The notes beneath the pieces are model-generated. The model saw only the letters and a program-made list of their open reading frames with translations. It was not told where the DNA came from and did no database searches. DNA of 64,000 nt. Source: the human T2T-CHM13v2.0 reference genome, Homo sapiens. Numbering within the stretch: the stretch's first letter is position 1; each line of letters starts with the position of its first letter. Below are positions 40,458 through 54,445 of the stretch, in pieces. Where the stretch lies: NCBI RefSeq assembly GCF_009914755.1, contig NC_060942.1; one strand, written 5' to 3'. The translations under genes were made by a program, and so were the position numbers.

Positions 40458-42849
40458 ATAAGTAAAAGGGCATGAGAAAATACTGTGAGGGCTGATGACT
40501 GTTCTGTTCTACGGCAGGCCAGGAAGCTGAGCTATCAGGTTAGTGCTAAATGGTCAGAGAAATACACCCTAGAAATATGAAATCCATGATACATATTTGA
40601 GTTGTCAAGGCTAGTAGCCCACAGGATCCATTTTGATTTTGACATTATCTGGGTATGTATAGATCAGATTCTTTTGTATCATGTGGTCGTATACAAGTTT
40701 TCCTTAGGTGGGCTAATTAATATTATCTTCCTGAAGCTCAAGACCACCTTCACAGAGCCTCTGACATAAAAATTATTTCTTCTAGAACATTTCTGAAATG
40801 CTTATGTCCTCAGTTAGAAAACAAACTGCCTGAATGTAAGAATGTCATATTCCCTCTGTTTCCTGATAGTTTTCTCTTACAGTGCCCAACACAAAGCTGG
40901 CTGCACATACAGTAGGAACTTAACAAACACAAACATTAAATACTATCTGAGAAATTGTACAGAGAATGCACAGTTAGGAGACTAACCTCCACATCTTCAG
41001 ATGGCAGTGGTGCTGTGTTCTGAGTGGTTCCTCTAGTGAGTGTTCAACTTTGGGTGCTGGTAGGACCAGTAGGGAACATCAGTGACTCTTTCTCAGTAAC
41101 CTCACAGGGTTATGGACAATTCAGGAGAAGTAATGCCATCAAAGACCAAAAAGACTCCCTCTTTGCAGGAAGGGAACTTTGTTGATTTTCTTCCAATAGG
41201 AAAATGCTCCCTTAGTTTTGAACTGAAAATAAATGCTAACAATAATATTCCTATGGGTTTGACTTTTTTAATATGACATGAGAAATGGCAATTAGATGGA
41301 TTCCTGATGCTGATGAATGGACATACATATACCTTCACTGAGGTAAAAAAAAAAAAAATAACCCAATACGAAACAAAAAAGGCAGTAGAGGTACCCATAC
41401 ATAGTCAAGTTGAACATAGGTATTTTAATCTAATAATTGACTATTTCATGAATCAAACACTTCTTAGTAATTTCAAAAGAAAGAGTATCTAGTTTACTTC
41501 TGATGAGGGTAAAGCTTTGCTTCATTTGACCAAAAGTGTTTAAGATTTGAACAATAATGTATAATATAGAAAGTGTTTAACAGCAACCTTTACCATTCTA
41601 ACTAGTGCATAATATTGGTTTTGCAATCATTTAGTAATTATATAAGGAGGACATATTTATTACGAATTATTGATTTTATAATTACTGCTGCTGGTATTCA
41701 CATTATTACACAATGAAAATCTTTTAATATACAATGCTCTTCACCCTCAGCTGGTGAACAGATAGTATAATGCAATTTAGAGAGTAGCCAAGAGTAGATT
41801 TTATTGGCATTTTTTTTTTTTGCCAGCCAGCTAAATGGTTGGCTTTCTGAAAAATATTGCTAATGGTGCTTAAGCAGAGAGGAATGTCCAATTTCAAGGT
41901 CATTCCTGGCAGTTGATTACAGTCACCCAATGAGCACAAGGTTCCTATTTAACTAAGTTATTTTTGCTGCACTCATTGCTGGGAATTAAAAGTTATGGCT
42001 GTAAATTTGCTGCCAGCTAAATAGACATCAAAGGCCAGTCATACACTGGATCATGACACATGAAGATATATCTCTTATGAAATTGATTTTTCTCCATGTG
42101 CAAGGCAGCTTTGCATTACTCCCCTTGTGGAGTTTAGCACAGGAAATGTCTAGGCAGGATGAGTTGTAATTGTCAGCATAGTTTATATTCTGGGCTGAGA
42201 ACTCCTTTTATTATTTTTTTCCCTCTGTGAAGATGTGCAAAAAGAGGTTGTCTAAGCATATATTTTGATTTCACTTGCCAACAGATTGTGAATAGCTGAT
42301 TTAAGGTCACTGTCACCCCCAAATGGGAAAAGATTAGGTTTCTGAGGACCAGAAATATTAAAAAGTCTGCCCAAACAATATTTGCTGCTCACCAGAATTC
42401 AAAATTGCTGATTTTCACCCCAGAAACATCCCATGGAGTTTTGTAAAGGTTGTAAGTCTATTATGCTGTTTTAATCCATCAGACTTTCACTATCTAAAGG
42501 ATAAGAGCATCAGATAGAATTACATAAGCTTGATTAGTAATTTTTTCTCTTCTGGATATCCTGTTGCTATTACAGAGAGACCCATATTTTTTCACAAACA
42601 ATGCAAATAGTGTTTAAATAAAATACCTGAGAATTCAAATTATATTTTAAATGTATTCAGTTAGGGTGCTATTTCTGGGCTTCCTACCTGTGATGGCTTT
42701 ACAGGGCTGAATGCTGTGCATTTCACTGGTGTGATTGGGAACTTTAACATTAGAACCAATCATTGGAGATAGGAGATTGACTGACCCCAAATTCTCATCT
42801 TTCATCTGCAAAGTGAGGTTAGTTATTATATTTCATGGAGAAGTTACTC

Positions 42850-43550
42850 CAAATTCACCAGCCTGGCTTTTAAAGCCCTCTACAATGTCACCCTAACTTT
42901 ACTTATCCAATTTGTCTCCCTCTATACTCCTCCCATTACAGTCAGGCTTAACTGCTTTGCTTCCTGCAGTGAGAACATATACATTTCCAGCCACTTGGAA
43001 GTTTCCATCACCTGAAAAATTCACATATTTTCTCTCTCCCTCTCCTCCTACTTTCCCTCATGCTCTCCTTTCTGCATACCCATTTGTTGACAATCTCTCA
43101 CATACCAGTTCAAGACCCATGTCCTTCAGGAATCTTTCTCCCCTTTGTAAATTTGTACCCCTCACTCAGAGACTTAATCATATTCTAATTCTTTTGTCTA
43201 CCTGCTTTATGTGTTGATTTGCAGTTGTTTCTCCAACTAAAGAAGATACAGCTGGCCCTTGTATCTGGGGTTCCGCATCCTGGGATCAACCAATCTTCAG
43301 GTTGAAAATACAGTATTAACATGATCCAGAACCAGTGGATATGATGGGCCATCTTTTCATATCAACAAGCTCCACAGCAGAGCCTACTGTAGGGTTTGAA
43401 TACTCATGAATTTTGGTATTCACTGGGGGTCCTGGTTCCTCATGAATACTAAGGAATGACTCTACTTTTTTCTTTTTTTTCGGGATGAAGAATGCTGTCT
43501 GCTCCTTTGTGAACATGTGGCTTGGCCCACAGCAGTATTCAGTTAACCCT
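42850..43550 (+). mobile_element. L2 LINE 3' relic, split by a Tigger MITE
   Basis: 'cagcctggcttttaaagccctctacaat...ccttcaggaatctttctc...gtttctccaactaaa...gcttggcccacagcagtattcagt'. Confidence 0.6.
43249..43462 (-). mobile_element. TcMar-Tigger MITE (MER8/MER2-like)
   Basis: Imperfect TIRs cagctggcccttgtatc / gaatactaaggaatgactc, TA at both flanks (43247-48 and 43463-64), internal 'ttttggtattcactgggggtcctgg'. Confidence 0.8.
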
Positions 43551-43767
43551 TTAAAAAATAAATTCAGTGGAATTGAATTCTGAGAAGTGGGATTGTAGCT
43601 GTTAATAACTAAGATAAGGAACATTCTGTGATGTGTTCTATCACACCATGATGATCCTTAACTTGATACAGTGATGACATCTTTATTAGCTACACTTTGG
43701 TAATTAATGTAGGACTTAGGAGACAACCACCCTCCCCTGCAACTTAGGGTGAAGAAAAGTACCTACA

Positions 43768-44096
43768 ATTTTTCTTTTTTTTTCTTTCTCCTTTTTTTTT
43801 TTTTTTTTTTTGGAGACGGAGTCTCTCTCTGTTGCCCAGGCTGGAGGGCAGTGGCATGATCTCGACTCATTGCAACCTCTGCCTCCTGAATTCAAGCAAT
43901 TCTCCTTGCCTCAGCCTCTCAAGTAGCTAAGATTACAGGCACATGCCACCAGGCCCACCTATTTTTTGTATTTTTTAGTAGAGGCGGGGTTTTGCTATAT
44001 TGGCCAGGCTGGTGTTGAACTCCTGACTTCAGGTGATCTGCCAGCCTCAGCCTCCCAAAGTATCGGGAGCACAGGAGTGAGCTACCATGCCTGTCC
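43768..44096 (-). mobile_element. Alu SINE (AluS-type)
   Basis: Poly-T then antisense Alu; cctacaat flanks both sides. Confidence 0.95.
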
Positions 44097-44109
44097 TCCT
44101 ACAATGCTT

Positions 44110-44700
44110 TGAATATGCCAAGTACTGAGCTAGATAGAAGATATTTTTTATTTTACCTAAACCTGAAAATAATTTTCTGAGGTAGATATTATAATTCCCA
44201 TTTTATAGACAGAAAAATGGGATTTAGAGAAATTAGGTAAGCTAGCTGATATGGTTTGTCTGTGTCCCCACCCAAATCTCATCTTAAATTATAGTTTCTA
44301 TAACCCCCACATGTAGTGGGAGGGACCCAGTGGGAGGTAATTTAATCATGGGGCCAGTTCCCCTCATGCTGTTTTCTTGATAGTGAGTGAGTTGCCATGA
44401 GATCTGATGGTTTTATAAGGGGCTTTCCCCCTTTTCCTTGGCACTTTTCCTTACCTGCTGCCATGTGAAGAATGTTGTTTGCTTCCCCTTTCACCATAAT
44501 TGTAAGTTTCCTGAGGCCTCCCCAGCCAAGCTCAACTGTAAGTCAATTAAACCTCTTTTCTTTATAAATTACTCGGTCTCAGGTATGTCTTTATTAGCGG
44601 CATGAGAACAGACTAATATAGTAGCCAAGGTCATAAAACTAGCAAAAAATTTAGCAAATGTTTGAATCTGACCTTGAAGTTCATGTTCTTTTCCACATTG
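44110..44700 (-). mobile_element. MIR SINE, split by THE1
   Basis: 'tgaggtagatattataattcccattttatagac...agagaaattaggtaagctagc' continues after the LTR as 'caaggtcataaaactag...tttgaatc'. Confidence 0.75.
44247..44620 (+). mobile_element. THE1 (C/D-like) solo LTR
   Basis: tgatatggtttgtctgtgtcccc...gactaatata with TSD ctagc/gtagc. Confidence 0.93.
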
Positions 44701-46064
44701 CCTTTCTTGATATTCTAGTATATGCACACAAGGTGCTTTATAAATGTTAAATGAATAAAATATATAGTTTAATGAAGTTTTCAAAAAGGGCATATTATAT
44801 CATTTTGTCACTATTAGTAGCATGCTCATCATTCTCACTTCTTTAGGTGACATCTTCACTCATTTCTATCCATGTGAATACAAACAGCCTTTCAGACACC
44901 ATCAGCAGTCTCACCTCCAAAATCAAAACTTTATGGCTATTTTAGATCATATTCATCTCATTGTTTATACATCACAAATTATTATTTTATATCTTTATTT
45001 CAAAAATATTTTGGTTCTGAGTGATTTTCTTTGTAACTTCATAATTAAAGTTAAGTTTATTCCAGATTAGAAATGGGGAAACTGATGCTAAGGGTCCAGA
45101 ATGTTTTCTGAAGACCACTTAAAATAAGTGAGCCTTGGACCTAATTGATTTCTAACTCTGGCCAAGCTCAGTCTTCTTTGTTTTATATAGCTCCATGGTT
45201 GGAATCCAAACACTCTTACACTCATACAACTCACACCCATGCACACACACATATACACACAAACACACACACCTTTTAAAGTAAGCTCAGTCATCTAATA
45301 TCCTAACTTAGAGTCTATCCAGTTCAGGATTATGATGCTGGAAACAGCAAGGAAGGATGAGTTAGGTTTGTACAGCCCTCAATTTGATTGTGCAGTTACT
45401 TGATTGTATCATATAAATCTATTTCCTCACAATATCATTTAGTTACTTGAACTAGAATCCATGCCATTAATTTTTTAACACTTAGAACTCAACATATTGC
45501 AAGAAATATAAAAGATACTCAAGAGATATTAATTGTTTAATTGAGGCATCTGACACTACCTCTATCATGGCTCACATCAACAGATGAATACATATGAGAC
45601 TTCCAAGAAGGTATTTCCTTATAACACAACACCAGAGAAGACAGTTGCATATAGGCTTCATAAGGTAGAATGAAAGACAGTTTTTCTCCAAAATGTGAGG
45701 GCATCAGCAACAACTAGGAATATTGTTAAAACCTTGATGGCCTCTACATCACCTCCTACTAATTTAAGAAGAATCATGTGAACAGAAGTATTGAATAGGA
45801 AATGTGGAGTCCACCTTCCAGAGTCAAATAATGAACTTTCCTCCTTGTAAAAGAAAGTGTCAGTGGACAAGCATTTTATTTATTATTTCTAATTCCCCTA
45901 CTTCTTTTGAGTATCTACCTTTCAGCAGAGAGAAGAGCTCAGTCCTTACCACTCTCCCCCACTAAAGAGACAGAAAGAGTGAGAAATATTAAATGTGATA
46001 TTATAGGCTGCTCTGAAATGTAGATATGTTTGCTCTTTCTCATCTTTGTAATCCCATATTTCAG

Positions 46065-46640
46065 TGAATTCATTCATTCTATTCATATTTATTTGGCATC
46101 TACTCTAAGCCAGGCACTCTTCCATACACCATGGATATAGAAATAAAGAGGACAAAAATAACCCTGATATCAGAAATTTCAGATTCTGTTGAGCAAGACA
46201 GACACAAAAGTAAAAATAATAATTATTAGTATTATTATTTAAGAGTGAAAGTTAATAAAATGTAAAAAAGAAAAAAGGTAAATTTTGTGAAGATAGGAAG
46301 CCAGGGTGATGACAGAGAAGAATCCCTGGGATGCATGGGCTGTTTTAGATGAGGTCATCTGAAGAGGCTCTTAAGAGTGAAGGAGCTAGGCATAAAATTT
46401 CTGGAGCCACAGAGTTCCAGACAGGGAGTAGCAGGGATGAAAGGCCTAACATAGGAACAAGTTGCAGTGGTGCTCAATAAAAAATTTAAAAATTCAATGG
46501 GCTAATGGTTGAATAACAGGAGATAATGGTTTGAAATGAGATCAGCAGGGGCCAGAAGAGGTAAAGTTTTATGATGACAGCAAGGAGTAGATAATTATTT
46601 GAGGTATAATTGGAAGCCATTGGAATGTTTTAAAGAAATA
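46065..46640 (-). mobile_element. L2 LINE 3' relic
   Basis: 'ttcattcattctattcatatttatttggcatctactctaagccaggcact...gttccagacagggagtagc...ggaagccattggaatgttttaa'. Confidence 0.75.
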
Positions 46641-47929
46641 AATGATATGTGCTTATTCGTCAGTTGAGTGTGCACAAGGTTCTACTCTCTGGCTGACACT
46701 GTGGACAGTACAATCATGGTATAGTCAGTGGATTTTCCAATCCTCTTCTTAAGATTCTAAAGCAAAAATCAGCATGTAGAAGAAATTTTACTAACGTGTT
46801 CACCTCATAAAAATCTTTGCAGAATCTAGATGTGTGTATTTACCTATGAATGTACATGTATTATTATATACATAATATATAATTATATATTTTAGGAAGA
46901 TATTCACACACTTATAGGAAGTACCAAGATAGAAGATATATCCAGGAAGAATCTTCTAAATATCTCCAATCAAGCTATTTTTGGGGGTTTATGACAAAGT
47001 GGAACATGCTTCGCTTCCGTTTACTTACACAGTTTCAAGAGCAGCTTATTACCATTGTATTTTCCAAAATAGATTTTTATTTTCCCATCCCGTAAAAATG
47101 TGATTTTTATTTATATACCTTTCATTTGTCTCCAGATGTTCAACTTGGTGACACTCAATCAAACTAATGAATTATGAAATGAAATGAATAGTAAGTCAAC
47201 TTTCCCAAATCACTGGGAAAGAAGGCAATACAAAGTTCATTACTGAAATTCCAGGATGGTGAAGTTTTTCACATATAACTTGCCCCAGTGTCAGCCTCTT
47301 CAAATTTGAGAACTGATTAATCCTCTGAAGTGTCATATCATGTAGCCACAAAATCTGGTGCAAGGAGGGGTGTTGAACATTTTACACACCAGTCTGACAT
47401 TACTTAGGAAGTGAGGTGATTTGGTGAAAGATACTATAGAAATGGGGAACTACTATTTACCTCAAATTGGCACACAGAATCACTTTTGAAGTCTTCTGAT
47501 ATTTCAACCATCTCACTTTCAAAACAGATGCTCCTGAAACTCCTTTCTAGGGTAGAAGGACATATAAAATGTCATCTAATCGATGTCTCCTCTCTTGTTA
47601 ACCTGCCTATTGAGCTAGCCTATTCATTATGTATGTATATTTTGAAAAGCTTTTCTGAAAAAATACCCATGTTCCTTGAAAATACATCCCACAATTTCCA
47701 CTGCTTCTATCAAAATTCATTCTTTCAATGATAATGTAGTGAAAGGAATGATGAATTGAAAATTCACTGTTTTCAGTTTTTGCCATATTTCTGCCAAGTT
47801 GAATAGAATGTGTTATGTTAGGCATATCACTTCTCTCCCTAGGATACAGTTACATTATTTGCAGAATAAGGAAACTGGATTACTTGATTTACAAAGGATG
47901 GTCTACCCCAAATATGGTTCTCTTTGTCT

Positions 47930-48252
47930 TGATTGATTGATTAGATTTAATTAATTAATTAATTAGATTTTTGTTTTTAGAGACATGGTCTGGCTCTGTC
48001 ACTCAGGCTGGAGTGCAGTGGCATGTTATAACTCACTGCAGCCTCAAACTCCTGGGTTCAAGTGATCCCCCCACCTCAACCTCCTGGGTACCTAAGACTA
48101 CAGGTGCATGCCACCACCACACCCAGCTAATTAAAAAAAAAAATTAATTTTTTTGTAGAGATGGGGTCTTGCTATGTTGCCCCAAGATGGTCTCAAACTC
48201 AAATGGTCCTCCCATCTCAGCCTATCAAACTGATGAGATTACATAACCAGCC
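47930..48252 (-). mobile_element. Alu SINE (AluJ), tail decayed to (TTGA)n/(TTAA)n
   Basis: Antisense Alu with J-type 'ctcactgcagcctcaaactcctggg' and 'ggggtcttgctatgttgccc'. Confidence 0.9.
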
Positions 48253-50559
48253 CAATTTTATTTGTTTGCTCCCATCTATCACATACAAAGAGGCCATGGA
48301 AAGGGTCTTCTTATTTACATTTATTATAGTGTTTTGTTTACATGAAGATTAAAATAGATGTGCCACTCTATATTTTATTTTCCTTTAAGGGAAAATACTG
48401 AGTATACTTTAATTAAGCATCACAACTTCAGCAAACCATTTTATTATAAAGTAGGAATGCCAAGCCGGGGAGAAAATTATGCAGAATAGTCCTTCCTTCC
48501 TGATACTGCTATGAATACCTCCCCCTCTTGCCAATCCAAAGAGATTCCGAAGGCATCATGAGAGCTGGTGATTCTAGTCAGTGCTTTGTTTTTTATTGCT
48601 TTTCACTTTTTATTTCTGTTTATGTCTTTTAAAGTATCCCTATGCTCTTTAGCTTTCAGACCAAGTCTTAATCTGACAACCCAGAGTCCACTTGCAATGA
48701 GTTAAAGGAGATCAATACTATTTTCGACAGACTTAACACTATCCTTCTCAAGATGCCGGGTTTAATGGAAGATTAAATGTGGCAGCATAACTTTTGATTA
48801 TCTGTGTGACACAATTTGGTAAAATAGCAGATCACTCAGAAATCATTCATATTTGGCCTTGAGACGTATTACAGGATGCATCTTTGATCTCCCTCTCTAA
48901 TTATGTTTCACTTTGGTCTAATGTCAAAGAAACTAATTTGCATTCCCAAAGCACGTACTAAGTAACAACAGAGGAAGAGGACTTAGAAAAAAGCAAGGGA
49001 GAGAGGACCAGAATAAGCTTTTCAAATGCCTTAGAGAATTCATAAAGTAAATGTGTACGTAAATAGTCCAGATTTCATTAAATTTGCCCTTTGTTCTGTA
49101 GGCCAACTTCTCTTTCTTAAAATTATTTCCATTCCTCTCCTCCCCAAAACCAAAGTCATTGAAGATCAACAAATAAGCATGAATGTTGTGAGTACCTTCT
49201 ATAAATAGATAATTACAGAGAATGCATGTTGAGAAAACAAGTTCCTTGCCATTCAGAATCTTCCAATCAATGCTGACACATGAAACTAAAACATATGCAG
49301 TGTAGAAAATAGGAGTTGACAGGGCACAAAAATATCATATAATAATTAATTGTTCAGTTGTTGTGGTGCAGCACATTCTCACTAGAACAGATTAAAGGAG
49401 GAGATCAGTGAGAACTGCTAGAGTTTTGAACGTCTTCACAGGAATATTTGAAATGGTGTTTAAAGGCTCAGCAGGATTTGAATAAATAGAAAGAAGAGTA
49501 AGAACATTCCAGATTACAGTGTCCAGAAAGAAAATGATATGAAAATGCATTATGCAATACAAATATTCATTATATAGGGACAGAAACTGGGAAATCTCAA
49601 TTTATTTTACCCATAAATTTCAAATAAAGAATTTTGAATGAAGACATTACCTAGAAAATTTGAAATGAAAGATGGGTAAATTTCCCTAGACGACAGTATA
49701 TGTCAGTTGTTGAAATTCACTGCCTCCTTCCAGTTATGGACTGTAGCTGGATTTAAAAGAATTCTAAATTCAAACAACATTTGAAGTTTTGTGCTAAGAT
49801 GGAGGGAGCAAATCCGATGCGCTAGGGCATCAGGTTTTTTGCTGTAGGGCCATGAGGAGGATTTGCACCCAGTTTCATTGCCCCATAACATCAAGAAGAA
49901 GCTGTGTTCAACATCGAGCTATCGATGTCCTGCTTGAACATAGCCATAGGAAAAAAAAAAAAAAAGATTCTATGGATTTTTCTCACTTTCCTGCAGACTC
50001 AGAGAATCTTCCCAAAACCCCTGTTGTCTTAAATTCTTGACATTGAGACCAAAAGGAGAAGTGATGCCAGTAATGAGAACCTCGTTGCTTTTTAGAAAAT
50101 ATAATGATGAACTATGTTTCTCACATATTTCCCTAGCTATAGATGTAGATCCTCTGAGATGTTGAGTTTTGCATGATGCCCAGGAGCAGAGAGAGGAAAG
50201 AGATGTGATGGGAGGGCGCTAGAGGAGTAAATTTTTTTAAAAAAACAAATCATGATATCCTCCTATCCTTAAATAACTTATCAACTATTTGCAGAGACAA
50301 GGTAGCTGAATAAGACACACATAAAATATAAACATGTAAAGTGTAAAAGAAAAAAAGGTAACAGAGACAATAATAGACAATAAGGTAAGTCTGAAATGAG
50401 ACAATATGGCATGAAAAAAATTAGTTAATGCCAAACTATGTGGAAAAGACTTTGTCATGGAAGGAGGAAATTACTGCTTTGAACAGCTTATTTGGTGATA
50501 AGATGTGAAATGAACTAAAAAGGCCATACCAGGTTTGGAATTATGGAATCATATGAGTC

Positions 50560-50730
50560 CTCTTATTTAGTCCCCAAAATTTTTCCATGAGTTAAATATC
50601 TTTTTTCTCAATTTACAAGTAGTGAGGTTGAGGTTTAGCGAGGTTAATCAATTTGTTCAAGATCACACAATTATGTAATTGGTAGAATTAAAATTACAGC
50701 CTAGGTGTGTCTAACTTCAAAGTGTTTGCT
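50560..50730 (-). mobile_element. MIR SINE
   Basis: 'caatttacaagtagtgaggttgaggtttagcgaggttaatcaatttgttcaagatcacaca'. Confidence 0.6.
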
Positions 50731-51166
50731 TTTCCCCTCTCATGAGCGGGGCTTGAGGGGATATTGAGAATGACTACTATTGCTGGGGATCATTTTCAAA
50801 ATTATCAGAGCTTAAGATGACTCTAATTCGATCTCCATGTCATGAAGAGAGAGATATACAGAGGCAGAGACAAAATAAAATAGGACAGACACAGAACGAA
50901 AAAAAAACAGGATCAGAGGAAGAAAATGAGACTATCATGAGCCAGGTGAAATAGTTTTCATTTTGTTTAAGGAATTCAATATATCTTATCATCATCATAC
51001 CAGTCAGTAAATAGACAATGTTAAATGTATTAAAGAATTTTTTTTTAAAAATTCTCAACCAGAATAGGTCTTTTTCATTTCTAATATTGAGTATGGCTAG
51101 CTGCTACATGTCTCAGATGAGTTTAGTATCATATGCTTATGTCATTGGTTTCCAGACACATGGGAG

Positions 51167-51473
51167 TTTTTTGTTTTGTTTTTGTTTTTTTGTGTGTGTT
51201 TTTGTTTGTTTGTTTGTTTGAGACAGAGTTTTGCTCTTGTTGCCCAGGCTGTAGTGCAATGATCTCCGCTCACTGCAACCTCTGCCGCCTCAGCTTCCCT
51301 AGTAGCTAGGATTACAGGTGACTGCCACCACGCCCGGCTAATTTTTGTACTTTTAATAGAGACGGGGTTTCATCATATTGGTCAGGCTGGTCTTGAACTC
51401 CTCACTTCAGGTGATCCGCCCAACTCGGCCTCCCAAAGTGCTGGGGTTCAGGCGCGAGTCACCGTGCCTGACC
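51167..51473 (-). mobile_element. Alu SINE (AluSq/Sp-like) with small deletions
   Basis: 'ttttgctcttgttgcccagg' diagnostic. TSD acatgg(g/a)ag at 51158 and 51474. Confidence 0.93.
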
Positions 51474-51506
51474 ACATGGAAGCTTTTAAAAAACCGTACT
51501 GCTGGA

Positions 51507-51950
<444 letters not shown>

Positions 51951-51998
51951 TTTACTTAATCATTCAGTTAATTTTCTTTAATCCTAAATTTATCTTAA

Positions 51999-52286
<288 letters not shown>

Positions 52287-52359
52287 CTTAATTTTCTATT
52301 ATTCTAAAATAGGTGGATGCCAGATAAATATTCTTGAACTAAAGTTTTAAAGTCTATTT

Positions 52360-52520
52360 AGACCTTCGAAAACCAGCTCTGCCACCTCTTTGAGAACATT
52401 ATTTAACATTTTTAAATATTTGTTTCCTCATCTGTAGATAAATAACAACTACCTTCCAATGTTCTCTGGTATTGAATGAGAAGATAAGTGGACAAGATCG
52501 AGCACAATACCTACTATATG
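52360..52520 (+). mobile_element. MIR SINE
   Basis: 'ccagctctgccac...gtttcctcatctgtag...aataacaactacct'. Confidence 0.6.
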
Positions 52521-52844
52521 GTGCTCAGATCACATTGGCTCCGATTTTTCTTGACTCCACTCCACCTAGTTTAATGAGGGAATTGAGTCCACAAAACAAA
52601 AGCAACTTGTCCCAGGTTCCAGAGCTACTTAAAGCATGGCAAAGCCCAGAAGTTTTCAAGTATCTCTCTTTCAACCGTTGCTTTCACTATAAAACATTAA
52701 AGGCAGTGTGGAGAAAATAACAGTAGCAATAACTGAGAGAAATAAATAAACTGCTGAATGGCTTTCCACTCTCCTACCTGAGAGTCTCCAATGTTGCCAT
52801 GAATACAGCTATAACGTGCTTAATAAGCCTCAACGTGCATGTAT

Positions 52845-52846
<2 letters not shown>

Positions 52847-52887
<41 letters not shown>
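52847..52887. repeat. (CA)n microsatellite
   Basis: Directly visible. Confidence 0.97.
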
Positions 52888-52888
<1 letters not shown>

Positions 52889-52894
52889 CTCAGC

Positions 52895-52997
52895 ATGCTT
52901 CCCAGGCTGGCATTGAACTCCTGGCCTCAAGTGGTCCTCCCACCTCAGCCTCTCAAGTAGCTAGAGCAACAGGTGTGCATCAACCACCTTGCCCGTC
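52895..52997 (-). mobile_element. Alu monomer (FLAM-like)
   Basis: 'cccaggctggcattgaactcctggcctcaagtggtcctcccacctcagcctctcaagtagct'. Confidence 0.8.
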
Positions 52998-53204
52998 TGG
53001 TCTATATTTTACGTCCTGGACTTTTGCACCATCTTTTCTGTGCAGCCTGATTTCTGTATTGAAAACTTCTAACATCCAGACTATTTATGCCTCACGTTTT
53101 TCTTCCCACTCAGATATTCCTTCTACCTTAATACTACTTTTTATCAGAATGTGATTTACCTTTTGAGGACCAAGTGAAAATCTATTTGGTCTACCAAAAT
53201 AATT

Positions 53205-53447
53205 CTTTTCTTTTTCTTTCAACTTTTATTTTAGAATCAGAAAGTACATGTGCAGATTTGTTAGAAAGTTATATTATGTAATCCTGAGCTTTGGGGTACA
53301 ATTGAACCCATCATCCAGGTAGTGAGCAGAGTACTCAAAAGGTAGTTTTTAAGCCCTTGCACCCCACCCTTTCCCCTTTAGTAGTCCCCAGTGTCTATTA
53401 TTTCGTATTTATGTTCACATGTACCCCATGTTTAGCTCCCATCTTAT
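53205..53447 (-). mobile_element. L1 3' end (L1PA16/17-like)
   Basis: 'caacttttattttagaatcag...gtacatgtgcagatttgtta...gtagtccccagtgtcta...tttagctccca'. Confidence 0.85.
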
Positions 53448-53449
53448 TA

Positions 53450-53650
53450 GGCTTAGTGGTATAGTACTAAGGACACCGGGCTTGAAGTTGAAAATACTCT
53501 GTTTTAATTCAGGTGTTCACCACTTTCCTCCCCTGAATTGGAGGAGGGGAAAAAATATTAAATGCAACACATCACAGGCATGTTTTGAGGATTTCTCAAA
53601 TAAATATTAAAGAAAAAGCTTTGCAGAGCACAAATAAGTCAGCAAACTTC
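53450..53650 (+). mobile_element. MIR SINE (diverged)
   Basis: 'ggtatagtactaaggacaccgggcttgaagtt...catcacaggcatgttttgaggattt'. Confidence 0.45.
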
Positions 53651-53879
53651 GGGTAGAGTGTCACAATTAATGAGAACAACACATCACAAATTAGATTTTT
53701 TTACAAGTAGATTTATAGTTTATTTCTATATATGAAATGTAAGATAACTACCAGGAAAAAAAGCAATTAGGAAATTCAGGGTTAGTAAGTGACCATCTTT
53801 AAATCAAGTTTCTATCTATTTTGGAGAATATGGTTATTTCTTCTTATTCAGTTAGTTATGTCAAATCTACAATTCATTC

Positions 53880-54102
53880 AGCCAGTGTAGACTCAGTCTC
53901 ATAGTTTTAAACTAGAGCTTGTCATTCATTTCCTCAATGACCTTGGGCAAGTCACTTAATTTCTCCACATCTCAATTTCTTTGTCTGTAAAATTGGGATA
54001 ATAATCTTGACCTCGCAGAGAGGTTGCATGAATTAACTGATTAATGATTATAAAGCAATTTGAAAATACAGAACACTATATAAATGCTAAGTATTGTTAT
54101 TA
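53880..54102 (+). mobile_element. MIR3/MIR1_Amn-like SINE, well preserved
   Basis: 'tgaccttgggcaagtcacttaatttctc...tctgtaaaattgggataataat...cactatataaatgctaagtattgttatt'. Confidence 0.75.
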
Positions 54103-54361
54103 AGCAAATCAATTCAGAAAATCAAGATAATGACATTTCTTTTCAATCTATTTCTTAAAGTGCTTAACGCCTTTGCATCTAAGCTTCATGTTGTAAAAAA
54201 GCAGTTTAAATATTTATAACTTGAAGTTTTCTAATTTAACCAGTTCCTACTGCATATCAGGGAATAATAATGGAGGAAAAAATCTCATAAACTGAGAACC
54301 TGAATTTCTCATTTTTTTTTAATTTTTGGTAATATCTAGTTTAATTTTTAAAAATAGCCAC

Positions 54362-54378
54362 CTATCTATCTATATTTA

Positions 54379-54418
<40 letters not shown>

Positions 54419-54445
54419 ATCTATCTATCTATCTAATCTATCCAT
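54362..54445. repeat. (TATC)n microsatellite
   Basis: Directly visible. Confidence 0.95.

Noticed and set aside
40990-41010. Partial CTCF-like motifs (cagatggcag; also ~37213 and ~50212)
   Set aside because: Only half of the consensus matches.
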